Virus record (IMG/VR): IMGVR_UViG_3300020374_000579
Span: 3,646 to 67,645 of that record
Reading direction: 5' to 3' (one strand)
Length of the DNA: 64,000 bases
From: a virus
Taxonomy: Duplodnaviria; Caudoviricetes
The notes beneath the pieces are model-generated. The model searched no databases. It was not told the DNA's origin and saw only the letters and a list, made by a program, of their open reading frames with translations. Shown piece by piece: positions 55,277-64,000 of this stretch. Both the position numbers and the translations under genes were made by a program. Within the stretch, counting starts at the first letter, position 1. The number at the start of each line of letters is the position of its first letter.

Positions 55277-56343
55277 TTTAATGGTTTACTTAATTCTTCC
55301 CAACTTGTTTCGTAATCGCTATCGCCATCTGCATATCCCATAACACCTAATTTTTCATACTCTGGTACTAGTTCATCATGCAATAATCCAATCTTTTTAA
55401 GGTTAGGCATTATCCTACTAAACAACACATCTTGAAATTGTGTTTGAAATATGTTTTCTTTTTGATATTCGTCTGTGTAATCCAAATCCATACCATACTT
55501 TTCCCAAACATCATATGCTCTTAGTCTGTTTCTGCTTACAGTACAGGCTTCTAAGGCAAATTCTGCCCTTTCTAGTTTTTCTTCTTCGCTTAAAGTAGTT
55601 ACGAACTCTTTTAAATACTGAATACCAAACGTAACATGTCTTGCTTCGTCTCTAATAATATATTCTAGCATTTGTTTATACACAGGGTCGTTAGTTCCGT
55701 TCTTGGCGGCATTAAAGGCGGCTAATGCCAAACCTTCAATTACTACTTGCATACCAATAAACTTTAAATCCCATCTAGGATCTGTTAATATTTTATCCAA
55801 TAGTCCTTTTAATGCTCTACCAATGGGCCAACTGCGTTTTAATCGTTGTTGTAGGTACTTGTTAAATGCTTCTACATGCCTTGCTTCGTCGAAAGTTTGC
55901 GATGCGGCGTAAAGTTTTGCGTTATAGGTCGGCGCACAACTGGCTAACTGCGATGCTACCAATAATGCTCCTTGTTCTCCATGTAAGAACTGACTTGTTG
56001 CCCAACTGTTTAAATCTTTAAAAAATTCTATGCGTTTTTGTTTGTCAAAGGTTTTAAAAACTTCATGTTTATCCCATTGTGTATTTTCAAAATCAAATTC
56101 TTCATCACTAATACCTGTAAAGGTAGGTGTCCAATCAACATCTACTTCTACATTCCAGTTCAATTCTTTACCTAACTCGTACAATTTCTTAATTCTGTTA
56201 TCTTGTACTGTATAGTCCCAATTGAATGACCCAGTTAAGGGTGTTTGAAAAATCTCTACTACATCAGTAGGATCTAAATTAGCCGGAACATCATCATCAA
56301 ACTCTATGACGTCCCTTGGAGTATTTGTATATTTTATTTTCAT
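55273..56343 (-). CDS. Ferritin-like diiron protein (AurF-like oxygenase)
   Basis: LHGEQGA, DEARH, IEGLA, DEARH ligand set. Confidence 0.85.
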   Translation of the reverse strand: MKIKYTNTPRDVIEFDDDVPANLDPTDVVEIFQTPLTGSFNWDYTVQDNRIKKLYELGKELNWNVEVDVDWTPTFTGISDEEFDFENTQWDKHEVFKTFDKQKRIEFFKDLNSWATSQFLHGEQGALLVASQLASCAPTYNAKLYAASQTFDEARHVEAFNKYLQQRLKRSWPIGRALKGLLDKILTDPRWDLKFIGMQVVIEGLALAAFNAAKNGTNDPVYKQMLEYIIRDEARHVTFGIQYLKEFVTTLSEEEKLERAEFALEACTVSRNRLRAYDVWEKYGMDLDYTDEYQKENIFQTQFQDVLFSRIMPNLKKIGLLHDELVPEYEKLGVMGYADGDSDYETSWEELSKPLK

Positions 56344-56816
56344 TACTTTCGTCTTTGTTTCCTTTGCGTTGGTTTACGTTTTTTATTATTTCTGAATATC
56401 TGATCCTCAGTAATCACTTTAAAATGTATGCCTTTGGCTTTACACCATTCTTGAGCGGCTGTCCATTTAGCGGCGTTTACGGTTGTAGCCATCTTATCAC
56501 CTCTGCCTTTGGCATTTTCAATAATAGTTTGGCTTTTTGGTTTAATCTCTATCAACTCTACCAATGTTTTACCATTCTTGTCCTGATACTGAACCATAAA
56601 GTCAGGAACATAGTTGGTAATCTTACCTGTGTAAGGATTCCTATAAGGAATCTTTACGTTCTCACTTGCCCATTTAAGTATGTTAGGATGATTATCACAA
56701 AATCTCATGAATGCTGTTTCCCAACTGCTTCTAGCAAACGGCATCTTTTGCCCTACATACTTATTAGGGTTTTGAACTACATATTGTCCTTGTGAGTAAT
56801 GGGAATTACCAGCCAT
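56343..56816 (-). CDS. Head-completion nuclease (T4 gp4/TnsA-N-like)
   Basis: RSSWE, WASE, YVPDF, LIEIKP. Confidence 0.9.
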   Translation of the reverse strand: MAGNSHYSQGQYVVQNPNKYVGQKMPFARSSWETAFMRFCDNHPNILKWASENVKIPYRNPYTGKITNYVPDFMVQYQDKNGKTLVELIEIKPKSQTIIENAKGRGDKMATTVNAAKWTAAQEWCKAKGIHFKVITEDQIFRNNKKRKPTQRKQRRK

Positions 56817-56825
56817 ATTTACCTC

Positions 56826-57263
56826 TTACGGTCTTATAACTGATGCAAGTTTAGAATCTTTATTAAATTTGTCAACAGTTAAACCAATTTGATTTCCTTT
56901 AGGTCTTATACTATTTATTGCTTTATAGGTTTGTTCTGCTAACTTTATGCTGTCTTCGTTGAGTTCAAAGTACGATATAGGATGTACTCCTTGCTTTTCT
57001 GCAACTGTAATAAGTGCTACTGCTAAAGTTTTTGCAGTTGGTCCTGTGAAACCAATACTGGTTAATCTGTTTTCAACAATGTTTATTTTGTTTGGGTCCA
57101 TGCCCTTAAAACTTTGTGGTACCATGTTTACAAGTATTTCTACACTTGCTTCAGGTAATGGAAAGTTTATTGTGTTGTTTTCAATGAACTGAACTAATTT
57201 GTCTCTACGCATTTCATAACTTACTTCGTTACCAAATGTTTCATATAAACTTTTAGAAGACAT
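56826..57263 (-). CDS. Hypothetical protein (145 aa)
   Basis: Coupled within the tail operon. Confidence 0.75.
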   Translation of the reverse strand: MSSKSLYETFGNEVSYEMRRDKLVQFIENNTINFPLPEASVEILVNMVPQSFKGMDPNKINIVENRLTSIGFTGPTAKTLAVALITVAEKQGVHPISYFELNEDSIKLAEQTYKAINSIRPKGNQIGLTVDKFNKDSKLASVIRP

Positions 57264-58366
57264 TATATTGTGCCTCCTATATTAGAACGTTGTCCAGATG
57301 GTTTAGCATCTTGGTCCGGCTTTTCATTATTTTCACTACCAGTAGAAAACTGTTCAAAGAATTGCTCTGATTGTTTTGACCTAACATCTTGTCCTTCGGC
57401 GCCACCAGTCAAGAAGTCTAAATTCTTCTGTCCCATTGCAGGATTGTTTAATACACTTCTACTTGATACAGAGCCTCCTGGGAATTGTGTGCCGGAGTCA
57501 GCGGAACCGCTTCTTAATAGTTCCCATTCATTCAAATTAAATCCTGAGAAACGTTCTAGTTCTTCTTCTGTTAGGAATTGATTGACGACAGGGTCAATAC
57601 TAAAGTTTTCATATTGTATTGTCATACTAATCATTGCAGGTGATGAATCACTATGGTCTATACCATCTATTTCAAAATTTGTAATCATTGGATTGAATAA
57701 TGTGTACCTTAATGCTTTTTGTCCATGAAACTTAACTACTTCCATACTTGTAATAAAGTTTCTTTCATTTGCTGGTCTTAAATTAAGTCCCATCATATCA
57801 CTTTCAAATTGTCCTTTTGCAATCGCTTCTGAACCTCCGCCTGCAACTGCTGATGGAACAACGTCTGCAGGAATTCTTTTTGGTGTAGGACTATCACCTG
57901 ATGTATCATATTTTCCTATAGGATTAACAAACAAATGTGCATAAGCCTTCATCAAAATAATCACCCAAGCACTATCGACTGTGTCGTATGCTGTTACATT
58001 AATTGGTTTCATTTCTGCGTGAGTAACTGTGATACGTTTTCTATTGTACTGATTTTTTACATCAGTTACAATATCAGCCGTAGGTATTTCAGCAGTCCTA
58101 CAAAGACTGCTTAAAGTGTTTCTAGTTTGATTATTATTCAAAGAGGAGATGTCAACTGAACTATTAAAGTTAAAGTTGACATATCCTTGAAATTTTTGAC
58201 GTACTGGGTTTATTCCTGGACTAAAACGTCTTGCGTTGTTTAAGTCAAACAAATACCCCTCTGTAACACTCTCGCCATTTGACTGTCTAGCATTATCGTC
58301 TGGGTAGCCGTTATAATAACCAACTCCCATACCATGTCTAATAATCTTTTTAAAAAGATCCGCCAT
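57263..58366 (-). CDS. Tail-tube paralogue (baseplate-tube initiator, gp54/gp48-like)
   Basis: AEIP..D.VTDVKNQYNRKR, PINVTAYD, ISMTIQYE tube-fold motifs. Confidence 0.65.
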   Translation of the reverse strand: MADLFKKIIRHGMGVGYYNGYPDDNARQSNGESVTEGYLFDLNNARRFSPGINPVRQKFQGYVNFNFNSSVDISSLNNNQTRNTLSSLCRTAEIPTADIVTDVKNQYNRKRITVTHAEMKPINVTAYDTVDSAWVIILMKAYAHLFVNPIGKYDTSGDSPTPKRIPADVVPSAVAGGGSEAIAKGQFESDMMGLNLRPANERNFITSMEVVKFHGQKALRYTLFNPMITNFEIDGIDHSDSSPAMISMTIQYENFSIDPVVNQFLTEEELERFSGFNLNEWELLRSGSADSGTQFPGGSVSSRSVLNNPAMGQKNLDFLTGGAEGQDVRSKQSEQFFEQFSTGSENNEKPDQDAKPSGQRSNIGGTI

Positions 58367-58380
58367 CGTAGCCTCCTAAC

Positions 58381-58410
58381 TAAAAAACGACCTATGCAGG
58401 TGCGTTTTTA
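58381..58410 (-). terminator. Probable terminator overlapping the tail-tube stop
   Basis: AAAAACG-(C)-ACCT/AGGT-CG stem followed by UUUUUU on the minus strand. Confidence 0.55.
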
Positions 58411-59012
58411 CCGGCTGTCGGTGGTGTTACATTAGTAAATGGATTACCTGCTTCTGTCTCAACTTGGCTACTTGTACCTACTTCATGTAATGCATTATCA
58501 TATCTAATAGTTAATGATACTGTTACAGGTTCGTTTGTAGCATAGTCGGCATCGGAATAATCAGTGTTAGTAATAAAACATCCTTCTAAGAACCAAATCT
58601 CACTTGCGTCTGCAGAACTACCATCTAATGCTTCAACTTGCATGTTGAATTTGTAATCTTCTCCAGCCATAGGTGCTGTTTGTTCAAAGTGATTAAGTTG
58701 TCTACTATTTTGGGCACCAACAATTCTAGCAACAGTATTACTGATGTCGTCTCTTATAACAACTGTAATTGGATCCCAGGTATGTTTACCTTGGACATAT
58801 ACTTTCGAGTTATAAGAATCGATTGGAACTTCTTCGTAGTTTACTTTAGGACGAGTTACGTTCATAACGTTCTGAGTGAATACTCTAGTGTCTTGGCTTC
58901 CACCAAATCCTGATAAAAGCGATACTCTAAACCTAAACTTTAGTTTAGGCATTAAGATACCGGCTTCACCTGATGCTAATGGTACACCAAACTTACTTTT
59001 TGTTTCTGCCAT
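58392..59012 (-). CDS. Tail tube protein (gp19-like)
   Basis: NVTRP, GKHTWDPITV, W.LEGCF, SLTIRYD; late promoter at 59071-59079. Confidence 0.9.
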   Translation of the reverse strand: MAETKSKFGVPLASGEAGILMPKLKFRFRVSLLSGFGGSQDTRVFTQNVMNVTRPKVNYEEVPIDSYNSKVYVQGKHTWDPITVVIRDDISNTVARIVGAQNSRQLNHFEQTAPMAGEDYKFNMQVEALDGSSADASEIWFLEGCFITNTDYSDADYATNEPVTVSLTIRYDNALHEVGTSSQVETEAGNPFTNVTPPTAGKNAPA

Positions 59013-59109
59013 GTTAGTTTCTCCTAAATCGTAAGACGCATATTATTAATAGTAGGTCTTATCGTTACTTTTATTTATCTAAAATGGGAGAAAATTATTA
59101 AACAGAGTT

Positions 59110-59940
59110 TTAATCAGAGTACTTTTTCCACACATTTGTAACGTCTAAATGCTTGCCACGTTCGTATGGTTCGTCTATAAGTGCATTTAATTTGTTGAAT
59201 GTGCTGTTAAAATAGTCAACACCAGTGGGTAAATCCAATACGTTTCTGTGTAAATCTACACTAAAAACTGCTCTATGCTCTGGAGAAGTGTTATATGCAC
59301 TATGGGTCCATTGGTTATTGAAACCAAATGTTCTACTCCAATCTATTTCAAAGTTTGCTACTTCAAAATATAAATCTCCCTCTGGTACATACAATGGAAC
59401 ATGAATACGCATGTAATTACCTAGCCTATTCTCTATTCCTGTGTGTCTTTTAATAACAGAGTTTGCTCTTAGCACACTAAAACTTGCTATAGGACATTCT
59501 TCAGGAGTGAATTCATTTAAAATTTTTAATGCGTTTGGTATTCTTTCTTTAATTGCTTCAGTAAAGTCATAGTGTAAATCTCTTTCTTCGTCCCACCAAT
59601 GTGGTCTGTGGTCTAAGCCATAACGTAAATTACTAGCCATCCAACTATCTAAACCATGTTCATTTTCTGCTACAAGACGTTGTGCATCTGTAATTGTGTA
59701 ATTACGTTGGTCTAAAACTGCTTTATATGATTCATCGCTGTCTAGTATTTGTTGAATCATTTCATGTGGAGTTCCTGTACGACCTCTAGTCATATCTTCC
59801 CACAATCCTTCTCTGAATGTATCTAACCAATCATATATTCTATCTAGTTCTGGATTAGAGCCTTCATCTCTTGCCCACCAAACTTTTTGAAAGGCATACT
59901 TTGCTCTTTCTTCATTACTGAACATGTCATCGGTCTTCAT
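59110..59940 (-). CDS. Asp/Asn beta-hydroxylase-family 2OG-Fe(II) oxygenase
   Basis: FSVLRANSVIKRHTG, MRIHVPL, HSAYN...HRAVFSVD. Confidence 0.85.
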   Translation of the reverse strand: MKTDDMFSNEERAKYAFQKVWWARDEGSNPELDRIYDWLDTFREGLWEDMTRGRTGTPHEMIQQILDSDESYKAVLDQRNYTITDAQRLVAENEHGLDSWMASNLRYGLDHRPHWWDEERDLHYDFTEAIKERIPNALKILNEFTPEECPIASFSVLRANSVIKRHTGIENRLGNYMRIHVPLYVPEGDLYFEVANFEIDWSRTFGFNNQWTHSAYNTSPEHRAVFSVDLHRNVLDLPTGVDYFNSTFNKLNALIDEPYERGKHLDVTNVWKKYSD

Positions 59941-59959
59941 GGTAACTATTTAGTCAGTC

Positions 59960-59992
59960 AAAAAAAAGGCGCCTTAGAAAAGACGCCTTTTT
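59960..59992 (-). terminator. Rho-independent terminator after tail sheath
   Basis: AAAAAGGCG/CGCCTTTTT stem with a U8 tract. Confidence 0.85.
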
Positions 59993-60008
59993 AATTTTAT
60001 GCTTTTGC

Positions 60009-62795
60009 TTAACTAGATCCGCTAGTTCCCAAAGTATTTTGGATTCTAATCGGAATGTAAATAAACTCAACTGCTTTGACAGGCTGTATAGCAATGTCAA
60101 TGTATAGTTCGTTTCTATCGATTCTAGCCGGTGTATTGTTAGTTCCGTCACAAACTGTAACGAAGTCAAACAATCCTCTTTGAATAACTAAGTTACCCAA
60201 TAGGCTATCTACAACATCTTTAGCATTGTTTCTTGTTATTGCATCATTAGGTTCAAATAAGAACGGCTTAACGATATCGTCAAGTCTTTCTCTTATGTAA
60301 ACAACAAGTCTAGCAACATTAATTCTATCTAATGCAGATGCACTAGGATTAAGTGTTTTCTGTCCAAATACTGCAAGTCCTCTTCCTGGGAATTGTGCAA
60401 TTGGATTGACTTTGTTTAGATATAATGTATCTCTTTGACCTTCGTTTAATGTTACTGGAACATATTCGCCTGTCGCTGGATCTACATAACCTACTGAAGT
60501 AGCATTTTGAACTAGTCCTCTCTGGAAGCCTGCCGGAGCAAACCACGGGAAAGCAACCTGGTCATTAAATGCAAGTGTTCTTAAAGCAACATGACTTGAA
60601 GGAACAACAACGTTGGTTCCGTCTAAGTTAGTTGTTAAAGCACTTGGGTAGTAAACAGCCGCGTATGGTGAAGATGAAACAAGTCCGTCCTCTCCATTCT
60701 CACTAGCATTGTTGGCGTTTGTTGCCCAATCTTTTGTGCTTGTAGCATCTGCTTTAAGTCTCATTGGTGAATCAGCAACAACAAAAGCAGTATTTCTTCT
60801 GTCTGTGCTTAATGCAACCATTTCGTCTAGCATTTCTGGGAAACCAGGAGCGGCAATAATGTTATATGCATTCACTTCACTTCTAATGTCGTCATTAGAT
60901 GTAATAGCGGCTTGCATTTTAGTTTTAACTACATTATGTACTGCTTTTCTTAATCCATACATGTTACCATCTACTTTATTTCCTGATGCGTCAACCCAAA
61001 CATTACCAATGTTAGTTCCGCTTGGAGTATAGTTTAACTTATACTCTTTAACGTTACCTGCTGAAGCACGTTTGTTAAAGCCTAAGATACCACTTGGGTA
61101 TGCTGAAGCCGCCGGTGCGTCTGCATCTAATGAACTACTTGCTGACTGTCTGAAGTCTGCAAAAACAATACCGTCTGCTGTATGTTGGTCACTTCCATCT
61201 ATAGCAACCCAGGCTGTACCTGACCACTTATAGAAATATGGGAATCTTTCAGTATCATCTGAATCTAACCATACATCACCAGCCACTAATGCTGTTCCAT
61301 CTGATTGAGTTGTTGGAGCAGAAGCGGCTACATTTAAGTCTTTTGTGAAAGTAACGAAAGCAGAACCATTGTGCTCTAATAAGTCAATGTTTGCTTTTGC
61401 CACTGTCGCATTGTACCAGAATGTACCATCTGCTAAACTACCTGTCATTTTAGTTTTACTTGCTACATATGACAAGTCAGCATAGTTAGAGTAGACTTTA
61501 TTTGCTGTCACGGCGCCTGTACCTAGACCAACACTTGATGGTCCAAAGTCACTGTGATTTGAAATAATTTCAACATCTCTACCTTTGCTTGATGTTAGAA
61601 CGACGTTTGTATCGCTCCCGATAGAAGCAACAAGTTCAGTTACTGAACCTGCACCAAGAGCCGCGTTGATGTCATATACTGCATCCTCGGCTGTTGAGTT
61701 TGTTGCGTTCCCTGATATTGTATTAGCGAAAGTAACTGTAATAGTTGTTCCGTTATACTTAATACCTATACTTGAGTTACCGGATACATCAACACCAGAA
61801 CCAAAACTTGATCCTGTTGCTACTAATGATGTGTTACCGTTATGTCTCTTGAGACTGTATTCTGCTTCACTGCCGCCATGTACTGCAATAAGGTCGCCAA
61901 CTTTAACGTTTGCTGTACCTACTGCTGTTAGGGCCGCGTCAGTATTTGCGTATATAGAAGTTGCAACTGAACTAAAGGCTTTTGTTGAAGAACTGTAAAG
62001 TTTTGTTCCTAAACTTGCACCTGTGTTAGGTGTAGTTGTTTGAACAAAAATGTCTCCAGCCGATAGTGCTGTACTATTGTCACTTCTTAAACTAGGTACT
62101 GACAAATGAGAAGCAAATTGGAAGTCACCACTTGTGGCACTTGACCAACTAGTTGTTCCAATTTGATACCAGTCATTTGAATATTTTTCGTAGTATTTTA
62201 ATTGAGTAGCAGTTCCACCAGCCGCTGTATTTGCCACAACTGCGTAATCGCCGTTCTGTCCAAATGCTTGACTTGGTCCACCTGTTCCTGAATTTATACT
62301 AACTGCATCTACAACAGATACGTCTTTCTTAACCCATGCTGTACCTGACCATTCTCTCAAACCAAAAGTTGATGCTGAAGTGTCGAGCCAGTATGATCCA
62401 TCTGCAATAACACCAGTAGGTGCTGAAGATGATGCCGCTAGTTGACTTAAATCTATGTCTGCTCTTAGAACGTATGCTCTGTTAGCCAAACCTAAGAAAC
62501 TGTGGGCCGCTAGTAAACCGTATTCGTTGAGATCATAACCATTCAACTGAGTGCTACCACTTTTATAGAAACTTGGGTTTCCAAATTGTTGTAGTAATTC
62601 ACGTTGACTAGTAATTAATTTTAATTTACCTGCGTTTGCTTTAGTTGTAAATGATGCTGTACTTGTTCCATCTGGTCCAGTTTTGTCCTGAGCCGTAGCG
62701 ATGATAATCAAAGGTACAGTACCAGCACCCGCCGCCGCATAAAACGATTCGTCGGATACACTAATGCTAACACCTGGTGATACTAATTCTGCCAT
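60009..62795 (-). CDS. Contractile tail sheath protein (gp18-like)
   Basis: LVSPGVSI, WFAPAGFQRG, LYLNKVNPI, GQKTL, DRINVARL, FEPND; late promoter at 62828-62836. Confidence 0.97.
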   Translation of the reverse strand: MAELVSPGVSISVSDESFYAAAGAGTVPLIIIATAQDKTGPDGTSTASFTTKANAGKLKLITSQRELLQQFGNPSFYKSGSTQLNGYDLNEYGLLAAHSFLGLANRAYVLRADIDLSQLAASSSAPTGVIADGSYWLDTSASTFGLREWSGTAWVKKDVSVVDAVSINSGTGGPSQAFGQNGDYAVVANTAAGGTATQLKYYEKYSNDWYQIGTTSWSSATSGDFQFASHLSVPSLRSDNSTALSAGDIFVQTTTPNTGASLGTKLYSSSTKAFSSVATSIYANTDAALTAVGTANVKVGDLIAVHGGSEAEYSLKRHNGNTSLVATGSSFGSGVDVSGNSSIGIKYNGTTITVTFANTISGNATNSTAEDAVYDINAALGAGSVTELVASIGSDTNVVLTSSKGRDVEIISNHSDFGPSSVGLGTGAVTANKVYSNYADLSYVASKTKMTGSLADGTFWYNATVAKANIDLLEHNGSAFVTFTKDLNVAASAPTTQSDGTALVAGDVWLDSDDTERFPYFYKWSGTAWVAIDGSDQHTADGIVFADFRQSASSSLDADAPAASAYPSGILGFNKRASAGNVKEYKLNYTPSGTNIGNVWVDASGNKVDGNMYGLRKAVHNVVKTKMQAAITSNDDIRSEVNAYNIIAAPGFPEMLDEMVALSTDRRNTAFVVADSPMRLKADATSTKDWATNANNASENGEDGLVSSSPYAAVYYPSALTTNLDGTNVVVPSSHVALRTLAFNDQVAFPWFAPAGFQRGLVQNATSVGYVDPATGEYVPVTLNEGQRDTLYLNKVNPIAQFPGRGLAVFGQKTLNPSASALDRINVARLVVYIRERLDDIVKPFLFEPNDAITRNNAKDVVDSLLGNLVIQRGLFDFVTVCDGTNNTPARIDRNELYIDIAIQPVKAVEFIYIPIRIQNTLGTSGSS

Positions 62796-62916
62796 TATAA
62801 TCTCCTAATATTAATATGTTAGTACGAATATTTATCTAGAAATTGTAAAAAAGCGGTATTATAAAACTACCAGGGTACAAGGTTTTTGTAGGTTTTGATA
62901 AATATAGAAATTTTTT

Positions 62917-63573
62917 TTAAATTGCTTTGATTTTGCTGGAAAAGATATTATTATGTATGGTATTTACCTTTTCTTCTAAATCTGCTAGTGTTCCTGAGTT
63001 AGATATTTCATAATCAAAATTGTATCCAACCCATCTCCATTCACTTGCATGTACACTTGCAAAACGTGTTTCCATTGTATGTTTTGCTGGCACACTACCT
63101 TGATTGGCGTGTACGGCTGTTTCATACCACTCAGGCAAGTCTTCTCTAATAACATGAATAACAACACCATCTAATTGTTTGATTAAATCCAATTCATTCT
63201 TGAATCTACAATCACTTACCACAACTATTTGGTCTTGTGGATTATTTTTTCTAATACGATATTCTAAACTGTCTAACCAAATGTCTTGATTAAAGTGAGT
63301 ACGCATGATATCTGTACCCAACAGTTGTAATGCTAAACGTGGTGTAAAGTTGTCTATGCCTAATTTTCTTGTCCAATATATGTCTGCTGTTTCTCTAAAG
63401 TCTCTACTTGGTACAGTATCACCTTCCAACATGTGTCTATCCCAACCAAACACACTAGCACATAAATCTTTTAAAGGTGCCGCAAAACTATCTTTTACTG
63501 CTCCTTTGTCTACGAACATTTCAGCAACAGTATCTTTGCCACTTCCCATAAATCCTGTTATTCCTATTATCAT
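62917..63573 (-). CDS. Deoxynucleoside monophosphate kinase (T4 gp1-like)
   Basis: IIGITGFMGSGKDT, SFAAPLK, TPR..LQ..GT, DCRF.NE, HASE. Confidence 0.93.
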   Translation of the reverse strand: MIIGITGFMGSGKDTVAEMFVDKGAVKDSFAAPLKDLCASVFGWDRHMLEGDTVPSRDFRETADIYWTRKLGIDNFTPRLALQLLGTDIMRTHFNQDIWLDSLEYRIRKNNPQDQIVVVSDCRFKNELDLIKQLDGVVIHVIREDLPEWYETAVHANQGSVPAKHTMETRFASVHASEWRWVGYNFDYEISNSGTLADLEEKVNTIHNNIFSSKIKAI

Positions 63574-63596
63574 ACTATTATATAGTCCTTATTTTT

Positions 63597-64000
63597 TTAT
63601 TTAAACAGTTTTCCGGTTTCATACATTTCTCTAATATCGTCCCATCCTAATTTTCTATTAACATGCAATCTAAATGTAACTCTTGGCGTACCATTTGTAA
63701 TAACTCTGTGCCACTTGGATAAATTTACAATATAAGGATTATGCATACCAACATGCTGACTCATTTTAGTTATATGGTCTTTATAAAGGTTTTCATCTAA
63801 TATGTAATCAGTGTGTAACATCATTCTTAATTTGTCTAAGTACTCTGCATCTGTTAAGGTATGACCACCTGTCCAAAAAATTCTACCTTTTTCATGATGT
63901 ATTAGTCTTTTCTCTGCACTTTTATCATAGTTGGTATATGTATCAATGTCTGTGTTTTCAAATTTAACTCCGTCATTAATTGCTTTACTTCTCCAAGTAT
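63597..64000 (-). CDS. Partial ORF running off the window edge; probable 2OG-Fe(II) oxygenase
   Basis: Frame stays open to the window end; HTD...WHRV...RVTFR pattern. Confidence 0.5.
   Translation of the reverse strand, partial: TWRSKAINDGVKFENTDIDTYTNYDKSAEKRLIHHEKGRIFWTGGHTLTDAEYLDKLRMMLHTDYILDENLYKDHITKMSQHVGMHNPYIVNLSKWHRVITNGTPRVTFRLHVNRKLGWDDIREMYETGKLFK

Noticed and set aside
55273-56343. Second ribonucleotide reductase beta subunit
   Set aside because: The radical Tyr position is Phe (HVEAF vs HSRSY) and the NrdB C-terminal tail is absent
1-64000. Stop-codon reassignment
   Set aside because: Core genes are full length and densely packed under the standard code, with TAA, TAG and TGA all used as stops
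1-64000. tRNA genes
   Set aside because: Intergenic gaps are short and I found no cloverleaf or T-loop motif by eye; tRNAscan-SE would be decisive

Overview
A 64-kb AT-rich segment of a large, distantly T4-related myophage (probably a jumbo phage). The host is likely a Gram-negative, possibly marine, proteobacterium; this is inferred from an outer-membrane TonB-dependent receptor and E. coli-like class Ia NrdAB. Every credible gene but one (32026-32403) is on the minus strand. Replication and recombination genes: gp41-like helicase, gp61-like primase, gp62-like protein, gp32-like SSB, UvsX/UvsY/UvsW and a 191-aa DnaE-like polymerase core. Nucleotide metabolism genes: nrdAB, thyX, glyA, apt, MTA/SAH nucleosidase and dNMP kinase. 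Morphogenesis genes: terminase, head-completion nuclease, tail tube and tail sheath. Scattered among these are modifying enzymes (three SGNH-like, one glycosyltransferase-like, radical SAM, diiron, two 2OG-oxygenase-like). I found no tRNA, CRISPR array, transposase, intron or intein. Main observations: (1) An ~18-kb cassette (9.5-27.7 kb) of proteins shares an N-terminal leader resembling T4 capsid-targeting propeptides. It includes a 2343-aa apparent polyprotein (amidoligase plus nuclease-like domain), an RNA-ligase-fold protein and a double ParB/Srx protein, making it a candidate virion-injected payload system. (2) A GC-rich pseudoknot-plus-terminator RNA at 43046-43133 has a loop complementary to the ribosome-binding site of the gene it follows. 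(3) Late expression looks two-tiered: eight apparently leaderless late mRNAs, and four SD-led late genes whose SD is sequestered in read-through RNA. All family calls come from reading motifs by eye; no database search was run.
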